A stretch of DNA of 62,983 nt, counting the filler, from Choristocarpus tenellus KU-1152 (lineage: Eukaryota > Protista > Phaeophyceae), in assembly GCA_964200185.2 (NCBI GenBank). It is 13 parts of 13 records of this genome, joined end to end, with 100 filler letters (N's around TTAATTAATTAA, not from the genome) between each part and the next. Parts side by side here need not be neighbours in the genome. Positions count along the whole stretch, not along the records: positions 44,203 to 54,366 come from CAXNAD020003108.1; positions 54,467 to 56,988 come from CAXNAD020027097.1; positions 57,089 to 60,165 come from CAXNAD020022488.1; positions 60,266 to 62,983 come from CAXNAD020025337.1; 9 more parts are not named here. One strand, given 5' to 3'. Below the pieces are notes generated by a model that made no database searches, had not been told where the DNA came from, and saw nothing but the letters and a program-made list of their open reading frames with translations. Of this stretch, positions 49,424 to 62,393 are shown piece after piece. The position numbers were made by a program, and so were the translations under genes. Numbering within the stretch: the first letter of the stretch is position 1; every line of letters starts with the position of its first letter.

Positions 49424-52400
49424 TGTGCAAAATAGGACAATAGTGAGGTGTGCCTTATTTTATGTATATGAGATTATTGTGTTGAAATTAAATCCATTTG
49501 ATGTAACTAATGAGATAGTACATCCGGATTATATATGGAATTATGTATGGGTATTCATTCCCTTTCGCTGCTTTGAAATAGGTAGCGAAACACAAATAAT
49601 AATAATAAACAATGAGAAGACACCCCACAAAGGTCAAATCTTCTAATTTCAACCATCCATTCTTTTCACGTTCAGCAAAGGGAGTCGTGTGAGGCTTCAC
49701 ACCTTCTTGTCTTTACTACTGATAAATAGCATTACCTCCCAAGGTAAATTTGCACAGGTTATGAGCCTTGGTAGTATGGAGACGGACCTGAAGAAACTTG
49801 CTGTCTGGACTGGGGCCACAGGAAGGTCATTGGAGACCTGGTCAACTTAGAGACTGTCATTGATCGCCTACGCTGGAGGAAAGGGTTTGTACGAGATCAC
49901 AACGAGGGACTACGAGATTCCTGAAACACCCACCACCATCTCGGGAGAGGCAGTGCATACGGGACATGCCACACACACGAAGAAGAACAAGGCGTTATGG
50001 TTCCTCCTTCTACAAACGACGAAGGGGTCTACATCAACAATAGTGGCGAAATACGAAAATGGGGGTCAACCAGATGGCAGAGGGGCATGGTTAGAACTAG
50101 ATTGAGTCTACGGTGGATGCGCAGAGGACGAGATCCCCGTACAAGTCATCACCTTGGAGGCGAAACTCTGAGAATTGCGGCGCGCGGTGTCTCAGGACAA
50201 CACCGATTTTGTCGTTAAACTCGAACGACTATTTTCGGATTTCGAGGAGCTCAAGGAGCCCAAATCCGAAAACATGAAGAGGGCATCTATACTGCTTGGG
50301 ATCAAGGAAGCGATGCCACATTTGTTCGTGCAATTAATAACGCGCCCGGACATCAGCTATGAGGAGCTCAAATGGGCAGTCATCTCATCGACAACTTACC
50401 TTCACTCGGGTCAAGATGGTCATGATGGGGTATTGGCAATGCATGGCAATGTAAAGAACAGCCATCCTCAGAAGACCAGGGGATCAGCTGGAAGCGGCCT
50501 CAAATCAAACCAATGTGGATATTGCTTAATGATGAAACATCGATGGCAGAATTGCTACTCATCCTTAAAAGGAAAGCCACCTGCAGCACGTCCGCCTGGG
50601 ATGGCACCCGGAACATTTCCACCACCTCCAACTCTCGTGGGAGCAGCAACAAAGTCGACGGAAACCAAGTCACTCCTTCTCCACTTTCAATGTGACAGCA
50701 GACGAGGAGGTTAGCAAAAGTGTGGTGTTCAACTCCTCCAGTGGAAGACAAGTTGAGATATTGTGTGACTCTGGAGCAAACGTACATCTTACACCTGATT
50801 GTGAAGATCTCATAAGCACTCGGGACATCAAACGCACATGCACCTTCGGAAACAATGGGAAATTGGAAGCAAAGGAAACCGGGGATATGGTTCTAATGGT
50901 GACGGACAAGGATGGCAAACCAACAAGAGTGATTCTGAAGGATGTTCTATGGGTCCCAGGTCTACCATGCCGGATATTGAGTACTGGAAGTATACGACGG
51001 AATGGAGGAGAATTTATGGATTCAGGAAGAAAGGAAAGTTTTCTGAGGGCCTCCAAGAATTCACCCAAGATAAACCTACAAAAGTCGGGGGGGTTCTTAA
51101 ATTTAACTGGAACCATAATCATCATGGAACAAGAATCGAGAGTCAGCGCTGCACAAGCCAACCAAAAGCAGAGGCTGACATTGAGGGACTGGCATAACAT
51201 ATTGGGACACATCAACCCATCAGCAATAAAACATCTCGAGAAACGTGGACTTCTAGAGATCACCGACGCTACTGTGGCATCAGAACTGCAATGCGAGACC
51301 TGCAAGGAATGCAAGTCCAAGGCCCTAAGCTATCAACAGGGTGGGAGGACCCCCAAGCTGCCCGGCGAGGTTATCCACACAGATTTGGCGGGACCTTTTT
51401 ACGCAGACATCACTGGTCACCAATATTTTCAGGTGTTTGTTTACAAGAGCAGCCGAGACAAGAGGGTGTATGGATTGAAAACAAAAAACGCAGCAACGGA
51501 CGCAACCGCTGCTTATATCGACCAGATGGCCAGTGAAGGTACCCCACTCAAATGCATCAGTGGGGATGGTGCTGGTAAGCTTGGGAGATCGGTGAAGTTC
51601 CAAAGGATGCTGGCGAACAACGGTACCCGATGGAGGAAATCTCCACCGAGAACACCACAGAGCAACAGAATCGCCGAAAGGGCGATAAAGCAACTCATGG
51701 GGGCAGCAAGGAGTCAACTGGCAAAGACTGGGCTGGGCGACGAGTACTGGTTCTTTGCCATCACGGACGTCGCCTTCAAGACTGGAGGCATGCCACACGA
51801 ATGAGTGGAAGTATCTTAGAGGGTACGAGTTTTGCCCTGCTTGTCCAATTGGCGCTTGGCTTCCCATGGGGTTTTTTATGACATTTTCCTATTCCAAAAT
51901 GTTTCGGAGTAGGTAAAATGTTTACGTTATGGAAAGGTGTGTCCAGAACAAGGATATTGACACTTCCTAACAAACGCGACAGCCAAAATTAAATCAAAAT
52001 TGCAACATTGGATTTTGACTCCCAAATGGACGCAGCTCTACCCTCTAAGATACTTTGGCTCAAGTACCTGAGAGGAGAGACGCGATGCGAGCGTCTAACA
52101 GGTCGATCTTTCAACTACCATATGCTTCGGGCCTGGGGGAGCGAGTGCTATGTTCATCAGGACAAGCAGCAGAGGGGAGCCGGTTCAAAGTTTCACCCAT
52201 ACGCCAAGCGAGGTATAATCATGGGACACGACCGTACATCACAATGTTGGTACATCTGGCTTCCTCAAGAGGCCAAGTTGGAAACCTTAGCCCACGTGAC
52301 GTTCGAGCCAGACGAACACATCATGGTCTTCGTGGGGGAGAGAGAGATCATGTCTTTGACGGATAATGAAGAGATTTCTAATACTGAAGACGATTCTGAT

Positions 52401-53040
52401 CGGGATTTCGATATTGCAGTCGATTCGATACCACAAGCAACAGCCACAAGCAAGAAATCGATAAGTTCACCTAGTGGACAATGGAGGTCAGCCAGGGTAG
52501 CTAAACAACCCAGGGTGGACTACAGGGGTTTACACTCTGGAGATACAGAAGAACTGGGAGAGAATATAGTGAATCTGCTCAGAACAAGCACGGATGATGC
52601 ATACTGCTTGGTGGGCATGGCAGGTGACATCTCAAGAGGCCACCAGGAGCCATCAACTATCGCAGAAGCCCTTGCAGGGCCTGATGCAGAACACTGGAAA
52701 GAGGCGATGGAACAAGAAATGGAGGGCCAACGAAGCAAAGGAACCTTCCATGAGGAAGAGAGTCTGCCACCAGGGAGGAGACCTGTCAAAACAAGATCTA
52801 TTTTGAAAATCAAAAGGACAGCCTTTGGAGATATCGAAATATTTAAAGCCAGGCTGGTGGCACGGGGTTTTCCCAACAAGAAGGGGTGGACTACTTTAGC
52901 ACATTCAGTCCAGTGGTGGGATTTGACGTGATTCGGGCAGTCCTGGCTACAGCAGCTGGATCATCAACTCCCTAGACTTCACTCAAGTCTACCTGAACAC
53001 ACAACTCCCTGAAGATGTATCGCTACAACTGAGGTTTCTT
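49424..53040 (+). mobile_element. Copia element 2, degenerate and 3' truncated: 5' LTR 49424-49756, PBS 49757-49767, gag, protease, integrase, start of RT
   Basis: LTR TGTGCAAA..TTTGCACA; PBS GGTTATGAGCC (half-tRNA-iMet type); zinc knuckle CGYCLMMKHRWQNC; protease CDSGANVH; WHNILGH..CETC; integrase IHTDLAGP..PQSNRIAER; RT EPSTIAEAL..WKEAM..FKARLVARGF. PR-INT-RT order defines Copia. Contains stops and frameshifts. Confidence 0.93.
51803..52061 (-). mobile_element. MITE family B (259 bp) inserted in the Copia integrase
   Basis: Removing 263 bp rejoins MPHE|YLRGET in frame. Both TIRs are present. Confidence 0.92.
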
Positions 53041-53230
53041 GACGGTGAGGGATGAAAACGTTGAACGGTGGGATGGTGTATGGTATTTTGATACTGGGTG
53101 TTCTGCCCATATGACAACAACTCCATTCTTTGATAGACCAACGACCTGTAAGTGGGAAGTCTGTGACTGTTGGTACAGGACAGAAACTTCGTGCTACCAT
53201 GGTTGGAAACTTACCATTACTTTGTAGGTT
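53041..53230 (+). mobile_element. Second Copia protease fragment, probably the continuation of Copia element 1
   Basis: VWYFDTGCSAHMT matches the WxxDSGxxxHM Copia protease motif and differs from the element 2 protease. Confidence 0.65.
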
Positions 53231-53764
53231 GGTACACACAGCAGGGCGAAAAGGGGTTGAGGGTCCTGCCAGAGTTACAGTCTAAGGGGTAGACGGGGAC
53301 GAGTAGTAGAGTGCACTGTTTATGTCACAGACATGATTATCCCATGAAGTTCACAATAAAAAGAGAAAAGGTAATGGGTCAGGGTAGGAGTAGTGTACCT
53401 GCGACAATCTTGTAGAGTAAGTGCAGTTTACATATTGCTTGAAATGTAGAGCTGGGGCAGATATCAGGCTATATCGATCAGTGATAGAGTGTATGGGTTG
53501 TTTTCCGCTACCTAGATCGTTCCCCCCAACCCATATGGCAAGAAAAATCGAACAGCGTGGGCTCATTGTAGGATGATGTAGAGGGGACCACCCCGTTCAA
53601 GGGTCATGTGTGGACGGTACGAGGCTAGTAATGGACGTTTATTAGGCACAGGCACCCTGTGAATCAATGGTTATATCAATATGAGTAGTCCCAGATTTTA
53701 TGCAGCATAGCTACAAGCTGGGAGATAACGTGGTACAAGAAACAAAACAAACAAGAAAGCCTGT

Positions 53765-53917
53765 ATAGACATTTCAGAGTACTGAATGAGGGCACATGGT
53801 AGGTGGAGATTTTAGATGGAGTGACCGCCACGAAATTAAGTAGAGATATTTTCAGAATACTGGATGAGGGCACGTGGTAAGTGGGGATTTTAGGTGGAGT
53901 GAATGCCACGAAAGTAA
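53765..53917. repeat. Tandem duplication, 2 x ~77 bp
   Basis: TTTCAGA.TACTG.ATGAGGGCAC.TGGTA.GTGG.GATTTTAG.TGGAGTGA..GCCACGAAA occurs twice. Confidence 0.85.
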
Positions 53918-56900
53918 GAATTGGGGATTGGCAATAGATGTTTGGTCGGCGATATGATAATTAAAAACGAGATGCGATAGTTAAAAGAAAGGGACTGGGC
54001 GAGAGCATCATACTGGAAAATATGGAGGTAAAAGAAGAGTACACCAATAAAGAGAGGGGGGGAGGGGAATGATTAACCGTACCTCCTGCACCACCCTGCG
54101 TACAAATTTGAGATAACCTTGTGAATAAAGGGCTACTGCTTACAAAGGTAGGTTACATTTGAGGGGTTTAAATTGCTTGGAAGAAAAAGAAAAAAGGAGG
54201 GGTTGGGACTACGATGTATGACTGTTTAAGGAGGATTCGTGGGCATCCTCTCTGCAATCATTAACAATCACCACAGCAAAGGAAATTGATAAAAGAAGGT
54301 ATAGTGCCCAACAGTGGGATAATCAGTTCAAGCCAATAATAGGGGTGGGGGGGGGGAGAGATTCAGNNNNNNNNNNNNNNNNNNNNNNNNNNNNNNNNNN
54401 NNNNNNNNNNTTAATTAATTAANNNNNNNNNNNNNNNNNNNNNNNNNNNNNNNNNNNNNNNNNNNNGGGCGTCCGTTTCAGTCAAACAACTCTTTTTTTT
54501 TTTTTTTTTTCAAATCCGACATGTGCGACCAAACCACACCCAAAAAGGGAAACTCGAAAAAAGGGTGAAAAACGGACGCCAACACCCCCCTCCCGGATAC
54601 TTTGACCCTATCTCCAAAATGTCAGAAGACATAATAATATACAAAATATCTGGTAAAGAACCAAAGTAAACGAGAGGTAGATAGGTTTTGGTCGTTTTGC
54701 ATTTTTAGCCAGTTTGAAAATCTTTAGCAATTCACCCATGTTTCTATGGATGAAGTGGTAAGTTTGACTTGAGACCATCCATTTCTGTATTATTTGAAAC
54801 ATATTGACACAATTCAGAAAAGATCCAGTACCAATTTGTAAAATACGAATTTCTTCATATTTCTCAACATCCTTAAAATGCAACCCTGGGTACCTCTCGC
54901 TTACTTTGACTCAAAACCGCTCCAATGATTCTCTGCCACCACCAATATTGTCAGTGGATATTGTCGGTGGATAAGTGGCATGTACTCGCAATGGTGTGAT
55001 GTGATTGCTATATTTGTTGTTGATAAAAAGAGACAGGACTCTTCTTCTCTCTTGCTTTATTCAACCCTTACTTGAGGCAACCCATCCATGGTGGTGTGTG
55101 TTTATGTTGCCTCTTCTAGTCGGTGGTGGTTACATCGGGAAACACTTGCCTTATACTTGTTGATGTTTTTTTTTTGGCAAATGATATCTCTCTCTCTCCC
55201 GCTCTCTTTCACTGCTGCCTCATAAAAGCTGCTTTCTTCTTGTCCCTCTCTCCTTGGTTCCATAATACATACATTCCATTTTCCTTGTGCGACATGCCAT
55301 GAGAGGTGCGCTAATAATGGAACCGATGGTGTGACACTTAATTTAATATGTACATTTCCATAGGACTTGGCAATGTGGGACGACGTTATTGACGATGTGA
55401 TGTCCCAAGTACCGGGTGCTACATCATTTTCCCTTGGTTCTCTTCGCTGCCGTTCTTAGGACCACATGGAGTTTATTTCTCTTATTTTCTTCACTACTTC
55501 TAGTTGCTTACTTCATTATTTGTATAATAGCATTTCATACTTTTTCGTGCATTGTATAATTCAATGCTTATCTCCTACTACCTCTAGACCACACACGTTT
55601 GAGACCCCTAAGACCAAAAATAACTGAAAAGAAAATATTTGTAAGAGGTGACTCCTGTTACCAGCTCTCATTTGCATCGCCACATCGTGTCCCACATGTT
55701 AGCAGCAAGTCTGTTGCCTCTCGATCTCGCGTCCATGCTCGCGCCAACCGCGCGCAAATTCCGTACGAACTGTTGACTCCATCTGTTGCAAGCTCTAAGA
55801 ACCAAGTTTAGACTCCTAAAATTAATAATACCTATATACGACAGTAGTAGTGCCTCACGGACTCGAAAAATCGCATTGAGAATTGTGTTGGTGGGGTTGT
55901 GAGTATTCCTTTTCAGTCGGAAAACCAGCCTGTATCATGGGAGGTTCGTCTTGCGTATATTGGTATATTTGAAGCACTAGAATTTGCCTAACCAAGGGTA
56001 GGCTATCAGTTGAGCACACCACAATCCATCAAAGGCGATGAAAAAAAAGCAAAATTTTAAAAGTGCATCATCAGCACAATGACTGGACACACTCCAGAGT
56101 ACATGATCACGGCCACCACTTCATACACTCAAGAGGACTTGCTGCTGGCGATTATGTTTACATCTGCAAATTCTGGTGGGCAGTAGCCAAAGGAACTGAT
56201 CTGTAGATAAGGTTGACTAAGGGCTCAATCTGCATCATTGATTCAAGCATATTTTTTACTATGTTATTGAATGGATACACGATATACTGAGGATGTAGCA
56301 CCATACATAGTAAGAACTTGGAGGCATTGACTACGCTTCCAGAGTCTAAAATTTGGTTGGACCTCCATGCACCTGGTTCTAGAACCACACCACCTCCTTA
56401 CAAGCCCCTCAAGTGTTCAATATAGAAATTATACCATTGTAACTCCCAGCAATGAAATCCTGCTTCCATTCTGAAGTCCTACACAAAGGGTACAGGAGCA
56501 CAGAATACCATCACACCATACCTAATAGCAGTAATAACGTTTAAGATCGTGTCTGCAACAACATATATTTGGAGTTGGCTATAAGATGGTCCAAGTGCAA
56601 CTAGCCTGTGTGCATCACAAAGGACTCTCTACCTGAGGATTGCTTTGCAACTGCCTCATACACCAGGCAATCATGCCATGATTCCTGATTAACCTTCACC
56701 AACTACAAGACCACTGAGCAGGAACATGTATCTGCTAGGGCAGCTCCTTGAAAAGTGTGACCTGTGCCTGATGGTTGATGTGATTCGCGACCCTCTCTTG
56801 TGTAGCAGTCCGATTGGACACAAAATAAAAATAACCCTTCCACGCCCTACTTCAAATGCAGAAAAAGAGGAAGAGGACCACCGAACCATTATGTATCAAT

Positions 56901-57618
56901 ATTTTATGCTTTGCTAAATAAATGTGTCAACATGCAATGAAATCACACAGGAGGCGCCTAGCCAGCTCAACAGACAGACAGTCCCCCCNNNNNNNNNNNN
57001 NNNNNNNNNNNNNNNNNNNNNNNNNNNNNNNNTTAATTAATTAANNNNNNNNNNNNNNNNNNNNNNNNNNNNNNNNNNNNNNNNNNNNGGGGCGCTTTTT
57101 TTTTTCAGAAACTGTCTGCCCTCTCTCTGTTGTCGTCCTTTTTTTGTGTGTGTTAAAAAAAAAATCTCTTTTTTTATCTTCACACGCGCATCAGGGTTAG
57201 GGTTATATGTAGGGTTGGAGTTGGTTTTTTGAAAATTTTTGAGGAAAAAAAAAATGGCAGTGAGGGATATTTGATTCGGACTGGGTTCCCGCTCCATTGT
57301 AGTGGAACTCCTGTACCACTGCTGAGTGCAAAAGAAAAAAGAAAATGCCAGAACGTATATTAGTGTAGTGGTGTAGTGGTGTGTATTTCATTGCTCTACA
57401 TTGGCATATTGGCATGCATGTATTGAGTGATACTGCTTGGGAGTACTTTTGATTGCTGTGATGAGAGGGATACATTCATGTTCAGCAATGCCTTGCAGAC
57501 AACAGACATGAAGACACTATATACACTCACCATTTGTCTGCTTGTCTGCATCGACCTGTACGCTGTGGTGCCCTCATCCCCCCTAATCCCCCCCCCTCCC
57601 CCAAATACACCCAACAAG

Positions 57619-59183
57619 GATCCGGAACCTGAGACGACAGGGGAAGCAGCGGATGCCACAGCCCGAAGGCGATCGCGCATATCTGACCTTAGCTATGTCG
57701 TGGAGACAGCCCTATGGATGACTGTAGTAAATATGATGGTGCATGAGGAGAGGGGGGGAGGGATTTCTGCTCCTGGATCAATGTCAGCTGTGTCTCAAGG
57801 GGTAGCATCACGCCTACATAGAGAGTTGTTGGACCTCTTTGATGTACGACTTGAGGGAAGAGAGCTGCGAGAACTCTTGGTGAGATGGTCACTCATCTGG
57901 ATTGGGGACTGGAAGGGGGGGGGAGGGGGCTAACTCCAAGTGTTGGTGTGAGTTTGGAGGTGGCTAATGGTATCCCCCCCTTCTGTTGTAGCAACCCACC
58001 TGTTGCAAGGTCTGTTCTCTGGTTTGGGGGAGGAGGAGAGGGTGAGGTTAAGAGGATTCCTTTCCTGTGCCATGCCTGTGTAATCTGCGCGCACACACAT
58101 TAGTTGTACACACACACACACACTGTACTTTGTAGTTTAGTTTATATTTATTTCCAGATGACATGATCAAAGTTGTTGTGTCTTCAACTATACCCTCAAC
58201 TCTATCCCCATCCCCTTTTTTACTCCCCTCCCAATCCCTTTCCTCTGTAACACCCTACCCAGGTCCAGGCTGATGCTGAGGGATGTCTGGACATGTCCTT
58301 CTTGAGATACCTGAGGGCACTGGTGGGAGAAAGGCTGGATAGGGCCATCCAAACCAAGGAGGATAGCACCACACCAGCGAGGCCTGGGGCAAGGGGTGGT
58401 ACCATGGGACTTCTTACCACTGGCACTCCAAATCGGCACATGGTACCCCACCCGGTAGGGAATGTACTTCACATTTTTTTAGTTAGCCTGAGTGCTGAGG
58501 AGTGGAGCACTTGATGAGTACCCTTATTTTGGATTGGGTCTTGTTTTAAGGGTGGAAAATTCTAGCTTTGAATTGGTTGTGTTGTTTGGTGGTTTGATGG
58601 AATTACATGTTTCGAGCATGAACCACTTGACTCTCCCTCTCCTCACAACCCTCTATCCCCCCCCCCCCACAACCCCTAACCCTAATCCCCATAATATCAG
58701 GAATTGTTTTGTTTTTTTACTTGTATCAAACCAGAGGACAACATTATAAGTTGTTGCATGTGTTCCCGTGTGTGCCCCAATCTGAAAGCCGGAAAAGGCT
58801 GTTTGCTTCTGGTTGGAATGACTTACTCAACACTAGATCAACCCCTGGTAGTTCAAAGTATGGAGTGGCAGTTTGCATTGCTTCCACCCAACTCCACGTT
58901 CATGCAGCGTTAGGGTTAGGCTTAGGCTTAGAAATGAATTCCTTTTTTTTTCACCTCTTTTTTGCCGCCTTTTTCTTGACAATCTCACCTACTCACGTGA
59001 CATAGTCTTCCCCTCTTCCGCCCTCCCTTGTACCTGAAACGTTTTTTTCATATATTTTTTGCCCCTCTTTTGACTCTCCAGGTCAATGCGGGTGCAATCA
59101 CTGTGGCAAACAGTGACAATTTTAGCTCATTCACCAATGTTGGCACTATGAACATGTCTTCACTTGCCCAGCAGGGTTGGTAG
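57619..59183 (+). CDS. Uncharacterised protein, last three exons (57619-57879, 58263-58454, 59082-59183)
   Basis: Phase-0 AG/GT-bounded exons form one frame ending SSLAQQGW*. Confidence 0.7.
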
Positions 59184-60387
59184 GAGAGGAAGAGGATAAG
59201 AGAAGCTGCTGGTGGGGGGGTAGTGATTAATTGATTTCTTGAGTTGACAGCCTGGATGGTCACAAGACCGATCTTGTAGAGCCCTAGAGAGTGACTATGG
59301 AAGGAGGGGCAGGAATGTAGTGAGATGATTGGAGTTGTTGTGTTACAGGATTTAGGATAGCAGACTTTCTGTTGCAAGTAGACACCGTGTCTATAATTTC
59401 TGAAGGTTAACTGGAGCATGTGTATGAAGCACTCTGGTGTCTGAGGTGGTGGTTTATTGGTTGAAAGGAGAGTTGATGGGCGGAAGAGACATGGAAGGCT
59501 TGTATCTTCTTGTCCGTTTCCGGCCCTGCCTGGAAAATGATCTGGGTCATCTACCCCTCATGAATCGAAAGAGTTTCTTGTTGTGGTTTGTTTTACGCCT
59601 GTGTGGAGGTGTGTCCAATAACAATGGTTTTTTCCTCTTTAGTTTTGCTGTTACCCTCATCTGCCCATGTTCAGAGGGGGTGTGCCTGCGGATCATTGTG
59701 GATACCTTTGATCGTGAAAGGGTGTGTAGGTGTCAGAGATATTCAGGAGAGGCAAGGTGAGAGTAGAGACATTTCTAAGTATCAGAAGCCTTGTTGTCCA
59801 TGCCAGCTTTTTTGATGTGAGTTCCTATCATTGTTTTTTGAAGTGGATAGGTAATAGTAAACATGTATATTGTTGTGCCAGGGATGAGAATGTGGAGCGA
59901 AACTTCTTATTAAGCACCCCTCCTCACCCTCTATCCAATCTCTTTCCAGAGTACTGCATACAAATTCAGTGTGTGGTATCTCATGTGATACTGACATTCC
60001 ATAGTGTACACAAGTTTTTTCATTAGGTACTGTTCAAAGGCAGAGACTTAGAACAGTGGATTTTAAAAATTGAGGATGGACCGGGGCTATGAGGATGGTT
60101 GTTCTGCGAAAACGGTCTTGAAAAAGTACCGAAAGGTTTTTTTTTGCAACTGTTTTTGCACTTGGNNNNNNNNNNNNNNNNNNNNNNNNNNNNNNNNNNN
60201 NNNNNNNNNTTAATTAATTAANNNNNNNNNNNNNNNNNNNNNNNNNNNNNNNNNNNNNNNNNNNNAACAACGAAAAAAGGGGGAAAAACGGGCCCCCGCC
60301 CCCCCCCCCCCCCCCAGATACTTTGACCCCATTGTCCTAGCCCATTTCAAATCTAGCAATTGATACGATGTGTCCTACCTTCTTCAG

Positions 60388-62393
60388 TCCCTTGCCAGAA
60401 AAGAGGAATGGACTGCCTGACTGGCTCCAAACCAACATGGAAGCGAAATGTTTAGACACACCGGGAACTATCAGAGTCTGTGAGGTCGACTACAACACAA
60501 GCTGCAATAGCCAAGAAACCAACAGCCTCAACTGGCTCACTGATGCAGCCCTAGGCAAGGGGATAGCATCTCCAGCCAAGACCACCAAGGCTGCCTCCAC
60601 TGCAACCATGAATGCTGCAGGGCTTCTTTCTGCGGCTTTGTCAGGGAAATCTGTTGATGTATTAGGGCAGAGTCCAACTATTACCCCAAACTCCTCTTCA
60701 ACTGTTATGGCTGGAATGGCAACCCCATTTTCTGGACCAAAAGATTGGTTGGCTGCAGCGCTTGCAGGAAAGCGCTTAGGTGATAGAGGAAAGGAAGAAA
60801 CAGGCATTGGAAGGGGAAAGCCTGGCGTGGAGACTGGTGTGACAGCAATTGAGAGTGGTGGGGAGGCACAAGAATGGCTCAAACACTCTGTCAGTGGGAA
60901 ATCTCCTCAACTTACAGGTATTCTGCTGCAGCTTTTATGGTCATATATTTGCTGAAGTCAGCAAGGTTTTTCTAGTAGTATATTGTTGACACTTTATTGT
61001 AATTGAGAAGTGTCTGATCACTTGTTCCAGATTGTTGAGAGCCAACGTATCTTAGAGGGTAGAGCCGTGTCCATATGGGGGTCAAAATCCAATGTTGCAA
61101 TATTGATGTAATTTTTACTATTGTATTTGTTAGGAAGTGTCAATATCCATTTTTCGGACACACCTTTTCATAACGTACACATTTTACCTACTCCTAAACT
61201 TTTTCGAGTAGGAAAATGTCATTAAAAAGCCCATGGGAAGTCAAGCCCCAAATGGACAAACAGGGCAAAACTCGTACCCTCTAAGATATTTTGACTCTGA
61301 CCTTTCCTGTACTTGAAGTGATTTCTCGTGGTCTTCACACGTACCATAAGGAGTGCTGGTGGATGATGCAATGTGGGAGACTTCACACTACTAGCCTACA
61401 AATTTTGCAATTTATGACACTGCGATGCCTTCCAATCTGATGGAAGAACTAACACCCAGGACTAATGAGACAACACACCCTTACAGACTCCAAACTCGAT
61501 GGGAAACCCATACAGATACCAGAAATTCCTTCTTTGCATGTGCTGGATTTGGTATTGCTGTTAAATTAGATCTAAGTGGCCTCACAAGAGAGAGCCTCTG
61601 ATGAGTTTTGAGAGCCTTTGTGTTCCTGGCTACTTTTTGTTCAGCAATAAATTCTTTGACAAGAAAATTGTTCAGATTTTGGATGTGGTATGGAAATTAT
61701 TTTACCTCAGATCACCCCGGCCTATTGTTATTTCTAGGTAATGCTCCAGGTTCTTGTACGCATGGATCATGCATCCATGGTGTGACAAGGTCCGTTTCCC
61801 TCCTGGTGCCGATTTGCATGCAGGTGAGGCAGGTGGGGACTGGCTATCAGCTGCAGCATCAGTGACAAGGAAACAGAGCAAGCCCAACACAAGCAGGTCG
61901 TCCCCCTCCAAGAACGCTCAACCTGTAGAGGGAGGCGGGTGGTTGACACAGGCAATAACCTCAGGTCATTTGGGAATTTCTCTAAATGAAGATGAAGATG
62001 AGCAAGATATTGCAATAGGTGGCTGTGGAGGCATATCAGGTGTGGAAAGCAAGGAGACCGATATGCCCTCTCAAATAACGATAGGCATGGATTGTGAACT
62101 ACAATCTTCTGACAGATCCAGCTGACCCAAGGCTTGGTGTCCGTTTCCCATCATAACATTGTTGAAATCGTTCATGCTCAGTTGTAATGAATATCTCTTC
62201 CCTTGCCCAGGGAAGTCCTGCATGTTGTCTGGCACACCCGCAACACAAACCTCATCAAATACGAAAGGCATGCTGAAGCAGGGACCGAAAACAGGAGGAT
62301 GGTTAGCTCAGGTTGTTGCCTCTGGAAGTCTAGGTGTACCTATAGACAATGAGGATGAGGAGGATAATCAAGAAGAAGAAAATGGAGAAACCG
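60388..62393 (+). CDS. Uncharacterised repeat protein, internal exons (60388-60917, 61824-~62040/62090, 62211-62393)
   Basis: Phase-1 junctions. Recurrent WLxxAxxSG motif in a low-complexity chain. The middle exon donor is ambiguous. Confidence 0.65.
61039..61297 (+). mobile_element. MITE family B (259 bp), TSD TGA, intronic
   Basis: TGA|GAGCCAACGTATCTTAGAGGGT...ACCCTCTAAGATATTTTGACTC|TGA. Confidence 0.92.

Noticed and set aside
51802-52064. MITE-B acting as an introner spliced out of the Copia integrase
   Set aside because: Using the nearest GT (51805) and AG (52063) leaves the in-frame TGA at 51802-51804 in the exon. The other copies lie inside pre-existing introns or other repeats.
3706-60265. 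Regularly recurring TTAATTAATTAA palindrome as a biological repeat or CRISPR-like array
   Set aside because: Always centred in exactly 100 bp of N padding, so it is an assembly concatenation linker.
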